The notes beneath the pieces were generated by a model. The model did no database searches. It saw only the letters and a program-made list of their open reading frames with translations, and had not been told where the DNA came from. DNA of 64,000 nt from Eledone cirrhosa (taxonomy: Eukaryota). The stretch covers positions 246,946,001 through 247,010,000 of the forward strand of contig OZ024740.1 in the NCBI GenBank assembly GCA_964016885.1, written 5' to 3'. The position numbers were made by a program, and so were the translations under genes. The first letter of the stretch is position 1, and every line of letters starts with the position of its first letter. Below, one piece after another: positions 11,743 to 25,589 of the stretch.

Positions 11743-14700
11743 ACAGTTGCATTTATCTTGCTTTATGTTCATACGAGTTATCACCAAGTCACAACCAGTG
11801 ACCTCAAGAGACAACAAGGTCCGCCATGTTCAAGAAAGAACATACATATTCACACATGCATCTTTAGTGTTTAGACTTGTGATGTACTTATATTGACAGA
11901 ATCTTCCTCAGTATATGGGCAGTTCCCATTAGTACTATCTTTTGTATTTCTCCTATACGCGGGTTTCCTGGGATTTGCGATAAGTAATCATTAGACCCCT
12001 TAGGTATCATTCCCAGAGCGCCTACAACCACTGGCATTGTTTTAGTTCTCAATTTCCACATTTTTCCAATTTCTATCTCCAGGTCCTTATACTTGCTCAA
12101 TTTTTCAAATGTTTTTATAGATACATTCTTGTCTATTGGAACAGACATATCAATTAGCAGGCATACCCTCTTTTGAAAGTCTTTCAATATTATATCAGGT
12201 CTGTCTGCATCTATTTTTCGGTCTGTTTGGATGCTAAAGTTCCACAAGATTGAGATGTGATCTTTTTCAAGTATGGGAGGTGGTTGATGCTCCCACCAAT
12301 TCTTTTGATGGGGCAGGTCAAAATGCTTACACATTATCCAATGTATGTATTGTGCAGCTCTGTCATGCCTGTTTAGGTATTCGGTTGGAGCTATAGGACT
12401 GCACATTGAAATTATATGGTCAATGGTCTCTGGTTGTTTTTTGCATACACGGCATAATGGGCTGCACCCATTTTTTATTATGTTGGCTTGGTAATTTTTT
12501 GTTGTCAGACACTGATCTTGTGCCGATATAATCAGTCCTTCAGTCTCCGATTTCAGTCCAGAGGATGCCAACCACTGATGGGTTAAAGTTTTGTCAACAT
12601 CAGGATTGTTAGCTCGCTCTGGGTATTTTCCATACAGAGGCTTTTCTTGCCATTTCTTAGCCAGTATCTGTAGCAGTTCTTTCTTTGCAGTTACTTTTAC
12701 CTGCTTTGCTTTTTCTGTGTTTTCCATTTCAGCAGTAAATGGGACTTCTGAAATGTGTAGTCCATTACTGTATCTTTGTGCATCTTTTGTAATGGAATAT
12801 GATCTTTTGATGCTTTCGTGTTTCAAAACGAGTTTGATCATCCAATCATGTGATTCCCTTAGATATGTAGATAATCCAATTGTTGCAGTTTTCAACGCAA
12901 TGTCTAACTGGATTAACCCACGTCCTCCTCCTTCTTTCCTAGGGAGATATATTCTATCTATATCTGCCTTAGGGTGATGCATTCTGTGCATGGTTAAGAA
13001 TTTTCGAATTTTTGTATCGAGCCTACGGATCTCTGTGCTTGACCAGTTGATGACATTGTAACTGTAGGTTACTACTGGTATGGCAAGCGTCTTTATGGCA
13101 TCGATCCTATTCCTTGCATTCAATTCCGTTCTTAAGATTGCTCTTACTCTGCGGTAACATTCCTTCCTTATCCTTTCCCTCATTGTCGAGTGCTTGATTC
13201 CGTCTCCTTCACAAACACCTAGATATTTGTAAGTTTCCTCTTGATCAAGTTCTCTTATCACATTCCCTCGATCAAGATTAATGTCTGAACTTTTCAGCAG
13301 CTTTCCTCTGGTGAACGTTGCTTTGGCGCATTTATCTAGTCCAAACTCCATTTTAATGTCATCACTGAACTGCTCTACAGTGGATAATAGCCCTTGCAAT
13401 TGTTTATCATTTTTTGCAAATAATTTCAGGTCATCCATGTAGAACAAGTGATTAATGGTTTTGTCATAGACTTTATATCCATGTTTTGTTTCATTGAGCA
13501 TTTTACTTAATGGTATAAGTGCGATGCAGAATAAAAGCGGTGATAAAGAGTCACCCTGAAAAATTCCACAATTAATATTAACTTCTCCAGCTTCCAGTGA
13601 TTTTGTTTCACTATTCAAAAGGAGTGTCGTTTTCCATGTCTTCATACTGAATGACAAAAACCTCCTGACAACGGGGGATATTTTGAAAATCTCTAAACAT
13701 TTTTCAATCCAACTGTGTGGAAAACTATCGAATGCTTTTATATAATCTATCCAAGCAATTGATAGATTTTTGTGTCTATTATGACAATCTTCCAGTATCA
13801 TTTTGTTAACCAAAAGCTGATCCTTACAGCCATATGAGCCTCATTTACACCCTTTCTGCTCAATGGGAAATAGGTCATTTGTTATCAGGTGGTCATATGT
13901 ATAATCAGTTAGGACTGATGTTAAAATTTTATACATTGTGGTCAAGCAACTTATCGGTCTATAATTTTTGGGATTGTTTGTCTCATCATTCTTCGGAAGC
14001 AGGAATGTAATGCCGTTAACTAGCCATGATGGTATCTTTTCTGGCTCCTTAACTATTTCATTGTAAAGTTGGGCTAACAGCTCATGAGACTCTGTGAAGG
14101 CATTTATCCAAAAATGTTGTATTTTGTCTTTTCCTGGGGATTTCCATTTGCTGGTTTTTCTAAGAGCCAAACGCAACTGTTCAACTGTTATATTTTCCCA
14201 TATTTGTTCCTCAAGGTGAGCTGTATCTTTCATTTGTCTGTCTATCAATGGGGCATGTATATTATGAATTTTTTCTTCGAGCCAGATCTTTTCCCAGAAT
14301 TCTTGCACTTCCTCCTTGGGTGGTATTGATTTAGCAGTTATTGTTGACTTACCAATTTTTCTGTAGAAGTTTCTTTGGTTGTTTTTGAACATATTGTCCT
14401 TATAGAATCTAGATCGTTTTTCAAAGCGCATTATACGAGCAGCTTTGGCCGACACTTTTTGCTTGATTATTTCTATCAGCATGTCTATGTCACTTGTTGA
14501 TTTTATACTGTACTTTCTTTTCAATTTTCTAAGTTTAGTTTGTTTAACATGTTCACCTACTTTATAGTTTGTTAACATTTCTATGTCAGATCGGAGAAGG
14601 TTTATTTGGCGATTGATGTTCTCTTGCCAAGTAGATTTTTTGTGGGAATTCCTTCGTTTTTTCATTTTCACTCCACATAAGTGAGTGGTGACTTTAGCCG

Positions 14701-15705
14701 ATGCATAATAGAGATGATTTAAATCACTAATGTTTAGTTTGTTTGTGATGATAATGTTTTTGAGAATTATGTTAGTCTTGTGTATTATCTTTTGGTTCTG
14801 TTTGGAGTTCTGGATCTTAGGGAGTATGTCTCGTTCCCCCATGTCAGATTCTTTCATTTTCATCCATTCGATCATAATTTCATCCTTCAAGTTGGCAAGT
14901 TCATTCTCATTCATTTCTTTATCATTTACGATCTCATTGTTTTCATTTGGAGTTTCATCTTGAGCATGCACTCCCTCCACTTTTTCGATCCTTTCTTTAA
15001 TTTGTTCTGTTGTCAGTGATTCCGCCTCAACCATGGGATTCGAAGTGTTACAATTTACCTCGTTTTCACTGAAACATGTTTCATTTTCTCTTCGCTGACT
15101 TTGTGCTAATAGCTTGATCTGATCAATTTCTATATCAGTTAGTAACATTTTTTTTACAATATTTCTTCGTATATTGGCTAGTTTGTTACTGTCAATATAG
15201 CCTCTGTTTTCGGGGTGTTTCTTTTTCCAGTTGATATATGTCTGTTCTGTATTCGATGTATTTGATGGGTAGTACATGGCAGTGTAGAAAGCCTCAAGGA
15301 CTTCTTTATTATCTTCCCTTGACAAGTTTTCTCTCTTTTTCTTTGGATTTCTTGGTGGTGAGCATGGAGGGCCAACAGTAGGAGTATTCCGGTTATGGGA
15401 GGTCTCCAGCTTCGAAGTGATGGGAAGGTTTGAACCATTAGCTGATTTTTCGACCCCAGTCTGGTTCCTCTCTGAGGGACGCGGCCCTTTTTGACCCGGG
15501 TGACGGCCGATCCGGTATGAGATTTTATCATTAGACATTTACTTTATTTTGTCGCGTTATATCCTTATTCGCCAAGGGGTAATCATTTCGTGTTACCACT
15601 TCTAGGACGAGTGTCAACCAAGACTAGAGGGGTCGTCCTCCCCTAGAGACACGGCTATTCCCCGCCGGCCGCCATCCCGGTATTTCTTGGTCACGGGGTT
15701 TTCTT
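11743..15705 (-). mobile_element. R4/Dong-like family B, near full-length non-LTR retrotransposon
   Basis: 5' UTR, single ORF and 3' UTR; TAA-type repeats on both sides. Confidence 0.92.
11888..15538 (-). pseudogene. RT-RLE polyprotein (~1216 aa) with one in-frame TGA
   Basis: ORFs 13841..15538 and 11888..13813 share a frame with a 27-nt gap: QKGCK*GSYGCKDQLL. Motifs KSPGKDKI, NYRPISCL, DYIKAFDS, GIFQGDSLSPLLF, YMDDLKL, CRVC..H..C, RHD, RPDII..DMSVP..EK. Confidence 0.92.
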
Positions 15706-15764
15706 TTCTTTATTATTATTCTTTTCTTTATTATTATTCTTTTCTTTATTATTATTATTATTAT

Positions 15765-18459
15765 TGTTATTGTTATTCCTTGAATCTCAGTCATTGATGT
15801 TGGTTAACTGGAAAGTCCGTTGGATTGAATATCAAGCCACTACCTGCAGCCTCAGATATTCAGGACGTATCGGAGGGTTCTTGCCGTTCCAAGCAAGCAT
15901 GCCTTTTGAAGCGTTCCAAAAAGCGTGAAGGGGCCGATTTTCTTTAACCATCCCTGGAAACCTTTGGAGATAGTCCCCAGTGCGCCTATGACAATCGGGA
16001 TCACTTTGACTTCATGGCAGTTCCAAATCCTTTTCACCTCCCACTTTAGGTCCTGGTATCGGTTAATTTTCTCCCTCTCCTTCTCTTGCACTCTCGTGTC
16101 GAACGGGCAGGCCACATCCACAATCAGGCACGATCTTTTTTCTTTGTCCACAACCACCAGGTCAGGTCTATTGTGTTCCAGTTTTTTGTCCGTCTGTATC
16201 CTAAAATCCCACAGCACCTTCACCTGACTGTTCTCCATCACCGCCTCTGGCCTATGCTCATACCATTTCTCAGAATGTGGTAGATTGTTTACTTTGCACA
16301 GGTGCCAGTGGATCACCCTGCCCATCACATCGTGTCTCCAGCCCTTATAGTGGGTCTGGGCTAGGTGTTTACACTCGGACACAATGTGAGCCACAGTCTC
16401 CTCTCTCTCTCCACAGATCCTGCACAGTGGGCTAGCCTCCTCCTTGTAGATATGGTGCTTCAACCACTTCGTTTTGAGGGCCTGCTCCTGCGCAGCCATT
16501 AGCATTCCTTCTGTAGCCTTTTTGAGGTCTCCTCTTCTCAACCAGTTCCATGTCTGTGGATCTCTAAATTCAGTTTTCTCAAAGAAGGTACTATGAAGGG
16601 ATTTTCCCTTAAGGCTGCTCTTCCTCCTTGATGTTATTTCCTCCTTGGGTATCCCCTGGCCTACTGTCCCCTCCTTCAGTACAGCTCTGAGCATTGGCTC
16701 CTTACTATAGGTCACGTATTTGTATAGGTTGTTTTTCTCGATCTGAACACAGTCCTCTATGCTGATAAGACCTCTTCCACCCTCAGATCTCCTTAGGTAG
16801 AGTCTATCGACATCACTCCTCTTGTGGAACATGTTGTAGATAGTCAATAGCTTCCTAGTCTTCCTATCCATTTCTTTTTGTTCAGCAACATTCCATCTCA
16901 GAATTCCCGCACTGTACCTAATAATAGACACAGCTCGGGAATTTACTGCGCTTATGGCATTTCTGCTGTTCAGATGTGACTTCAATACGCTCCTTACTCT
17001 CCGAATGTATTCAGTTCTTAACAATTCCTTCATTTTTTTGTTCTTTATGCCATCAGCCTCCAGAACGCCCAAATACTTGTATCCTTCCTCAGAGTCAATT
17101 TCCTTTATCATCTCACCTGTTGGTATCTGGATCCCGTTACTTCTGCTCAACCTACCCCTCCTCATCACAATGACTCCACATTTACCAATACCAAACTGCA
17201 TACATATATCACTGCTGAAAATACGGACAGTGTCAACAAGCACATCCAACTCCTTCTCACTTTTCCCGAAGAGCTTAAGATCGTCCATGAAGAGGAGGTG
17301 ATTGATGGTAAGCTCTCCCCTTCCCAACTTGTATCCTGCTCTCACTTTTCGCAGCATAATGGTCAAGGGCATCAGGGCAAGGACAAACAACAGAGGGGAC
17401 AGGCTATCTCCCTGGAAGATACCTCTCTTGATCTTCACGCTTCCCAAGGATACTCCAGTTGATGTCAACTCTGTCTCCCAGGACCCCATACTCCTGCCCA
17501 GCAACTGTCTGATGTTATCTGCCACCCTGAAGATCTCCAGGCTTTTGGTGATCCAGGAATGAGGCACCATGTCAAATGCCTTTCTGTAGTCTATCCATCC
17601 CATGGCAAGATCAGTGTGTCTCCTCCTGCAATTCCCCATTACCATCTTATCAATAAGCAACTGGTCCTTTGTACCACGTGACTTCTTTCGGCATCCTTTC
17701 TGTTCGTCCGGCAACAAGTTGTTTGTGTGGAGGTGATGGTAGATTTCCTCAGACACAATGCTCGTCAACAGTTTCCACATTACGGGCAGACATGTGATAG
17801 GTCTATAGTTGGTAACATCATTACCCTTGATTCGGTCTTTCATTATCAGAACTGTGGTACCTTTTGTCAACCACTCTGGCACCTCACCCGACACCAAGCA
17901 GTCATTGAACATGGCCGTCAGCTTCGGGTGGAGGGATGTTAAATGTTTAATCCAATACCCCTGCACACCATCTGGGCCTGGTGATTTCCAGTTGGTTAGT
18001 TTTTTGGCTTGCCCCTTAAGAGTTTCAACTGTGATACTCAAATCAGTCTGTTGCTGTGCCTGCTCACCGATCTCCCTCTGTACTGTCTCAATCCACCCTG
18101 CCTGGGCATTGTGTCTAACATCCTGCTCCCATATTCCTCTCCAGAATGTTTTAGCTTGTTCCGCCCCAGGGATCAAGTCGGTGCCTCTTTCTTTCCCCTC
18201 AAGCTGTCCAAACAGCATCTTCTGGTTGTTGTCGAACATGCGGTTCTGTTTATACTGACTGACTCTGTTCTCGTATCGCCTGATTTTGGCACTCTTTGCT
18301 ACAATGCGTTGCTTCAATTCCTCTATGATAATATTTAGCTTTTTACTCCTAGTTTTGTATTTTATTTCCAGTCTATTTTTAGTGCCTATGTTTTTTAGTG
18401 TCCCATTCAGTAGTGACTCAAGCTTTCCTATGTCATTTCTCATTTCCCCGATTTGCCCA

Positions 18460-18461
<2 letters not shown>
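15765..18461 (-). mobile_element. R4/Dong-like family A, copy 3 (5'-truncated)
   Basis: Same 3' end as copies 1 and 2; 5' junction lies directly against (TAA)n at 18462. Confidence 0.93.
15852..18443 (-). CDS. Reverse transcriptase plus CCHC and restriction-like endonuclease (N-terminally truncated, uninterrupted 863 aa)
   Basis: KSPGPDGV, NYRPITCL, EQKGCRK, DYRKAFDMV, GIFQGDSLSPLLF, FMDDLKL, CRICGEREETVAHIVSEC, RHD, RPDLVVVD..DVACP..EKINRY. Confidence 0.88.
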   Translation of the reverse strand: MRNDIGKLESLLNGTLKNIGTKNRLEIKYKTRSKKLNIIIEELKQRIVAKSAKIRRYENRVSQYKQNRMFDNNQKMLFGQLEGKERGTDLIPGAEQAKTFWRGIWEQDVRHNAQAGWIETVQREIGEQAQQQTDLSITVETLKGQAKKLTNWKSPGPDGVQGYWIKHLTSLHPKLTAMFNDCLVSGEVPEWLTKGTTVLIMKDRIKGNDVTNYRPITCLPVMWKLLTSIVSEEIYHHLHTNNLLPDEQKGCRKKSRGTKDQLLIDKMVMGNCRRRHTDLAMGWIDYRKAFDMVPHSWITKSLEIFRVADNIRQLLGRSMGSWETELTSTGVSLGSVKIKRGIFQGDSLSPLLFVLALMPLTIMLRKVRAGYKLGRGELTINHLLFMDDLKLFGKSEKELDVLVDTVRIFSSDICMQFGIGKCGVIVMRRGRLSRSNGIQIPTGEMIKEIDSEEGYKYLGVLEADGIKNKKMKELLRTEYIRRVRSVLKSHLNSRNAISAVNSRAVSIIRYSAGILRWNVAEQKEMDRKTRKLLTIYNMFHKRSDVDRLYLRRSEGGRGLISIEDCVQIEKNNLYKYVTYSKEPMLRAVLKEGTVGQGIPKEEITSRRKSSLKGKSLHSTFFEKTEFRDPQTWNWLRRGDLKKATEGMLMAAQEQALKTKWLKHHIYKEEASPLCRICGEREETVAHIVSECKHLAQTHYKGWRHDVMGRVIHWHLCKVNNLPHSEKWYEHRPEAVMENSQVKVLWDFRIQTDKKLEHNRPDLVVVDKEKRSCLIVDVACPFDTRVQEKEREKINRYQDLKWEVKRIWNCHEVKVIPIVIGALGTISKGFQGWLKKIGPFTLFGTLQKACLLGTARTLRYVLNI

Positions 18462-18532
<71 letters not shown>

Positions 18533-18551
18533 GTTATTATTATTATTATTA
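18462..18551. repeat. (TTA)n microsatellite
   Basis: Direct reading. Confidence 0.95.
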
Positions 18552-18569
18552 CATATTCGTAATAATAAA

Positions 18570-19030
18570 GCCGTGATCTCTCAATACTCCATTGAGTAAC
18601 ATTACACCAAACACTCTTCGAAGGAACCCCTTTTTGGCTGCTTGTATTAGGGATCGGATTCTGTCGGTCACTACCCAAGATATATGACTTTAGGTAATGG
18701 TTGACAAGAATACAGAATTGCATGTAGCAAATTTGCCTTTTATACCCACCTACATTCTTTTTATTACTGAATATTGAAGATGGGGCAATACTGCACCAGT
18801 TCCTACATTTCTTGCACTTAATACAGCATTATACCTACAATTAATTCTAAACAGGGACACGAAATACTTGAACGACTCAACTTGCTTCCGTGAAAATCCA
18901 TTCACATTTAGAGTGCACTACGCAGGTTTCCTTGGGAGGACGAGCGTCTCAGTCTTCGCAGAACTGATTTTATTTCCCGCCTTCAATCACTCGGAATCAA
19001 ACCTATCAAGTGCATGGCGGACCTAATTCT
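18570..19030 (-). pseudogene. Decayed RTE-clade RT fragment
   Basis: Minus strand gives ALDRFDSE*LKAGNKISSAKTETLVLPRKPA*CTLNVNGFSRKQVESFKY, resembling the RTE region just after YADD. Confidence 0.6.
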
Positions 19031-19289
19031 CGGGAACATTCAGCGTGACACAATGTGCGATAGGGCTGTTTTTTGTATTTACAGGTACAGTCCGTACGAC
19101 ATGCTTCCAGACAGATTCTATCAGGCCAATTTCACATCAATAATAAAACATGGCTAGGGTCCAGTTTTTGGTATATATTTCTCAAAATGCTATGCAGTGA
19201 GATCGAACAAGGAACCTAATGTCTGCAAAGCTAACATCAAACCATGTTGCAGCCTCAACAGATGTCAAAAATGAGAATATAGTATTCCT

Positions 19290-22200
19290 TCACCACTACA
19301 ATATTACATCCACTACCACTACAATGTGACACTCCACTAACACTACAATATGACACTCCACTAACTCTACAATGTTACATAAACTAACACTACAATGTTA
19401 CATAAACTAACACTACAATGTTACATCCACTACCAATACAATATTACATCCACTCACACTACAATATAACACTCCACTAACTCTACAATATGACATTCCA
19501 CTAACTCTACAATGTTACATAAACTAACACTACAATGTTACATCCACTACCACTACAATATGACACTCCACTACCACTACAATATAACACTTCACTACCA
19601 CTACACTATAACACACCACTACCACAACTACAAAATGATACACCACTAGCACTACAATGTGACACTCCACTACCACTACAATATGACACTCCACTACCAC
19701 TACAATGTGACTCTACACTATAAAAATCCACTACTATCAATACAAAATGACACACCACTTCCACTAGAATATGACACTCCACTACCACTACTATATGACA
19801 CTCCCCTACCACTGCAATGTGACACTCCTCTATCACTACAATGTGACACTTCACTACCACTACTATATGACACCCCCTACTACTACAATATGACACACCA
19901 CTACCACTACAATGTGACACACCTCTATCGCTACAATGTGACACTTCACTACCACTACAATATGACACCCCCTACCACTACAATATGACACTCCACTACC
20001 TCTACACAATGACACTCCACTCCCACTACAATGTGACACTCCACTAACACTACAATCTGACACTTCCCTACCAATCCAATATGACACACAACTACCACTA
20101 CAATATGACACTCCCCTACTACTACAATATGACACACCCCTACCACTACAATGTGACTCTCAACTAACACTACAATATGACACTCCACTACCACTCCAAT
20201 GTGACACACCACGACCACTACATTATGACATTCCACTACCACTACAATATAACACACCACTACCACTAAAATATGACACTCCGCTATCACTACACTATAA
20301 CACTCCACTACCACTACAATATGACACTCCACTACCACTACAATATAACACTCCACTACCAATACACTATGACACTCCATTACCACTACAATATAACATT
20401 CCACTACCACTACAATATGACACTCTACGACTACTACAATATAACACACGACTATCACTACACTATAACACTCCACTACCACTACAATGTGACACTCCAC
20501 TACCCCTACAATATAATACACCACTACTACTTCAATATGACACTCCACTACCACTACAATATAACACACCACTACCACTACAATATGACACTCCACTACC
20601 ACTACAATATAACACAGTACTACCACTAGAGTATGACACTCCACTACCACTACTCTATAACACTCCACTACCACTACAATATAACACGACTACCATTACA
20701 ATATGACACTCCACTACCACTACACTATAAAACTCCACTACCACTACAATATGACACTCCACTACCACTACAATATAACACTCCACAACCACTACAAACT
20801 GACACTCCACGATACTACAAAATAACACTCAACTATCACTACAATATGACACTCCTCTACCACTACAATACGATAATCCACTACCTCTACAATATGACAT
20901 TTCACTACCACTACAATATGATACTCCACTACCACTAAAATATGACACTCCACGACCACTACAATATAAGACTCCACTACCACCCCACTATGACACTACA
21001 CTACCACTACAATGTGACACTAAACTAACACTACAATGTGACACTCCACTACCACTACACTGTAACACTCCACTACCACAACAATATGATACTCCACTAA
21101 CATTACAATATAACACTCCACTACCACTACAATATGACACTCCACTATCACTACAATGTGACTCTCGACTAACACTACAATATGACACTCCACTACCACT
21201 CCAATGTGACACACCACTACCTCTACTATATGCCACTCCACTACAACTACAATATAACACTCCACTACCACTACAATATGACACTCCACTACCACTACAA
21301 TATAACACCCCACTACCACTACAATAAGACACTCCTACTACCACTACAATGTGACACTACACTACCACTACAATATGACACCCACTCCCACTACAATGTG
21401 ACACTCCTCTACCACCACAATATGACACTCCATTACCACTACAATATAACACTCCACTACCATTTCGACTAACACTACAATATGACACTCCACTACCACT
21501 CCAATGTGACACACCACTACCTCTACTATATGCCACTCCACTACAACTACAATATAACACTCCACTACCACTACAATATGACACTCCACTACCACTTCAA
21601 TATGGCACTCCACTACCACTACAATATGACAGTCCACTACAACTACAATATGACACTCCCCTACCACTACAATATGACAGTCCACTACAACTACAATATA
21701 ACATTCCACTACTTCTACAACATGACACTCCCTTACCACTACAATATGACACTCCACTACCACTACAATGTGACACTACACTATAACACTCCACTACCCC
21801 TACAATATGAAACTCCACTACCACTACAATATGACACTCCATTACCACGACGAAATAACAGAGTCCACTACCATTACAATATAACACTCCACTGCCACTA
21901 CAATATGACACTCCACTACCATTACAATATGACAATCCACTACCACTACAATATGACACTCCGCTACCACTACAATATAACACTCCACTACCACTACAAT
22001 ATTGCACTCCACCGCCGCTACCATGTGACACTCCACTACCACTACAATGTAACACTCCACTACCACTACAATATAACACACCACTGCCACTACAATATGA
22101 CACACCACTACTACTACAATATAACACTCCACAACCATTAGAATATGACACTCCACCACCACTCCCATGTGACACTCCACTATCATTACAATATGACACT

Positions 22201-24800
22201 CCGCTTCCACTACAAGATGACACTCCACTACCACTACAATATGACACTACACTATCGCTACAATACGACTCCACTACCACTACAATATGACACCCCACTA
22301 CAACTACAATATGACACTCCACTACCACTACAATGTGACACCCCACTACAACTACAATATGACACTCCACTACCACTACAATATGACACTCCACTACCAC
22401 TACAATATGACACTGCACTACCACTACACTATAACACTCCACTACCACTACAATATGAAACTCCACTACCACTACACTATAACACTCCACTACCACTACA
22501 ATATGACACTCCACTACCACTACAATATAACACTCCACTACAACAACAATATGACACTCCACTACCACTACACTATAACATTCCAATACCACTACAATAT
22601 GACACTCCACTACCACTACAATATGACATTCCACTAGCACTACACAATAACACTCCACTACCACTACAATATGACACTCCACTACCACTACAATATGACA
22701 CTCCCCTACCACTACAATATGACACTCCACTACCACTACACTATAACACTCCACTACCACTACAATATGACTCTCCACTACCACTACAATATGACACTCC
22801 ACTACCACTACAATATAACACTCCACTACCACTACAATATGACTCTCCACTACCACTACAATATGACTCTCCACTACCACTACAATATGACACTCCACTA
22901 CCACTACAATATGACACTCCACTACCATTATAATATTGCACTCCACCGCCGCTACCATGTGACATTCCACTACCACTACAATGTAACACTCCACTACCAC
23001 TACAATATAACACTCCACTACCACTAGAATATGACACTCCACCACCACTCCCATCTGACACTCCACTATCATTACAATATGACATTCCGCTACAACTACA
23101 ATATGACACTCCACCACCACTACAATATGACACTCCCCTACCACTACAATATGACACACCACTACCACTACAATATGACGTTCCAATACCACTACAATAT
23201 AACACTCCACTACCACCACAATATGACACTCCCCTAGCACTACAATATAACACTCCACTACCACCACAATATGACACTCCACTACAATATGACACTCCAA
23301 TACCAGTACAATATCACACTCCCCTATCACTACAATGTGAGACTCCACTACCACTACAATATGACACTCCACTACAACTACAATATGACACACCACTACT
23401 ACTACACCATGACACTCCACTACAACTACAATATGACACTCGCCGACCACTACAATATGACCCTCAACTACCACTCCAATGTGACACTTCATTACCAATA
23501 CAATGTGACACTGCACTATCACTACAATATTACAGTTCACTACAACTACAATATGACACTCCACTAACACTACAATGTGACACTCCACTAACTCTACAAC
23601 ATGACACTCCATTACCACTACAACATGACACTCCCCTAGCTCTACAATATAACACTCCACTACCACTATAATGTGACACTACACTAACACTACAATATGA
23701 CACTCCACTACCTCTACAATATAACACTCCACTATCACTACAATATGACACTCCACTACCACTACAATTTAACACTCCCCTACCACTACAATATAACACT
23801 TCACTACCACTACAATGTGACACTACACTAACACTACAATATGACACTCCACTACCACTACAATATCACACACCACTACCTCTACAATATGCACTACACT
23901 ACCACTACAATATGACACTCCATTACCACTACAATATGACACACCACTACCACTACAATATAACACTCCACTACCACTACAATATGACACTCCACTACCA
24001 CTACAATTTGACACTCCACTACCACTACAACATAACACACCACTACCACTACAATATGACACTCCACTACCACTAAAATATAACACAACCTACCACTACA
24101 CTATGACACTCCCCTACCACTATAATATGACACTCCACTGCCACTACAATGTGACACTACACTAACACTACAATGTTAAACTCCACTACCACTACAGTAT
24201 AACACACCATTACCACTACAAAATAACACTCCACTACCACTACAATATGGCACTCCATTACCACTACAATATAACACTCCACTACCACTACACTATAACA
24301 CTCCACTACCCCTACAATATAACACTCCACTACCACTACAATCTGACACTCCACTACCACTACAATGTGATACTACACTAACACTACAATATGGCACTCC
24401 ATTACCACTACAATATAACACTCCACTACCACTACACTATAACACTCCACTACCCCTACAATATAACATTCCACTACCACTACAATCTGACACTCCACTA
24501 CCACTACAATATAACACACCACTACCACTATAATGTGACACTACACTAACACTACAATATGACACTCCACTACCACTACAATATAACACTCAATTACCAC
24601 TACACTATAACATTCCACTACCCCTACAATATAACATTCCACTACCACTACAATCTGACACTCCACTACCACTACAATATAACACACCACTTCCACTACA
24701 ATATGACACTCCACTATCACTACAATATGACACTACACTACCACTACACTAGAACACTCCACTACCACTACAATATGACACTACACTACCACTACAATGT
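19290..24800. repeat. 24-bp minisatellite array (consensus ATGACACTCCACTACCACTACAAT), ~230 units
   Basis: Direct reading; translates as MTLHYHYN / ECHIVVVV repeats; copy number estimated from length. Confidence 0.95.
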
Positions 24801-25324
24801 GAATATCCTTCAATATCTTACTTTACTTCCTCCGTCTGTATTACAGTTGTAAACTCTTTTCTAATCTCCTTTTCTAGTAGTTTGTTCTGTTCGCTTCAAG
24901 TTAATTCATTACACTGATTACGGCTTTTATAGATAATTAAAGGATTTTCTTCTCATCTCAACACACGACCATGCTGACACATAACACATACATCACACTC
25001 ATACATACAAACATACAAAGACACTCCACACAAACACACACACACGTATGCACAAACATACACGCACTCAAATATATTTAGGCTTGTGCTAAATCCAGGA
25101 CGGATGTAAAATGTATGCCCCGTTTCAAACTACTCATTAAATATTTTAGCAGTTAGTTCTAAAAATAGGTTATAGGGACATGTATTTTACACGATGTACT
25201 TACATGATGCAGAGCCAGGCCCCTTGCCAGGCTTTGATGCTGGGTTGGTGAGTGCTTCAGTGCATTCTGGGAAGGCACTCTTTCAACAGCTAGATCCGAA
25301 CAGTTAGGATCTCACTGTCAAAAC

Positions 25325-25500
25325 GGTCGGAGCAGACAGAACAAGATGGGGGACAACATCCCGGAATGGACAGGCACGAAGCTGGGTGGAAACATGAGAG
25401 TGTGGTGAGGCGAGATTAATAGGAGTTGGTTACCAGGTCATTTGTGGGGCCCCAACGGTCCACCAGACTGCGGGATAGATGATGATGAGATGAGAGATGA
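25325..25500 (+). mobile_element. RTE-type LINE 3' end fragment
   Basis: Encodes RQNKMGDNIPEWTG (cf. RW.DNI.EWTG), then ccccaacggtccaccagactgcgggatagat and a (gatga)-like tail. Confidence 0.55.
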
Positions 25501-25589
25501 TATACAACATAGTTTAACTAATGCCAAAACATCCCTTGTGGAGATAGGCTAGACAAACCAATATTAGAAAGTTTCGCCCGTATTGTCTA

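Noticed and set aside
21597-23666. 689-aa ORF and overlapping ORFs in the 24-bp array
   Set aside because: By-product of a stop-poor repeat whose unit is a multiple of 3; frames shift arbitrarily.
19290-24800. CRISPR-like periodicity
   Set aside because: Units are contiguous with no unique spacers, there are no cas genes, and the context is eukaryotic.
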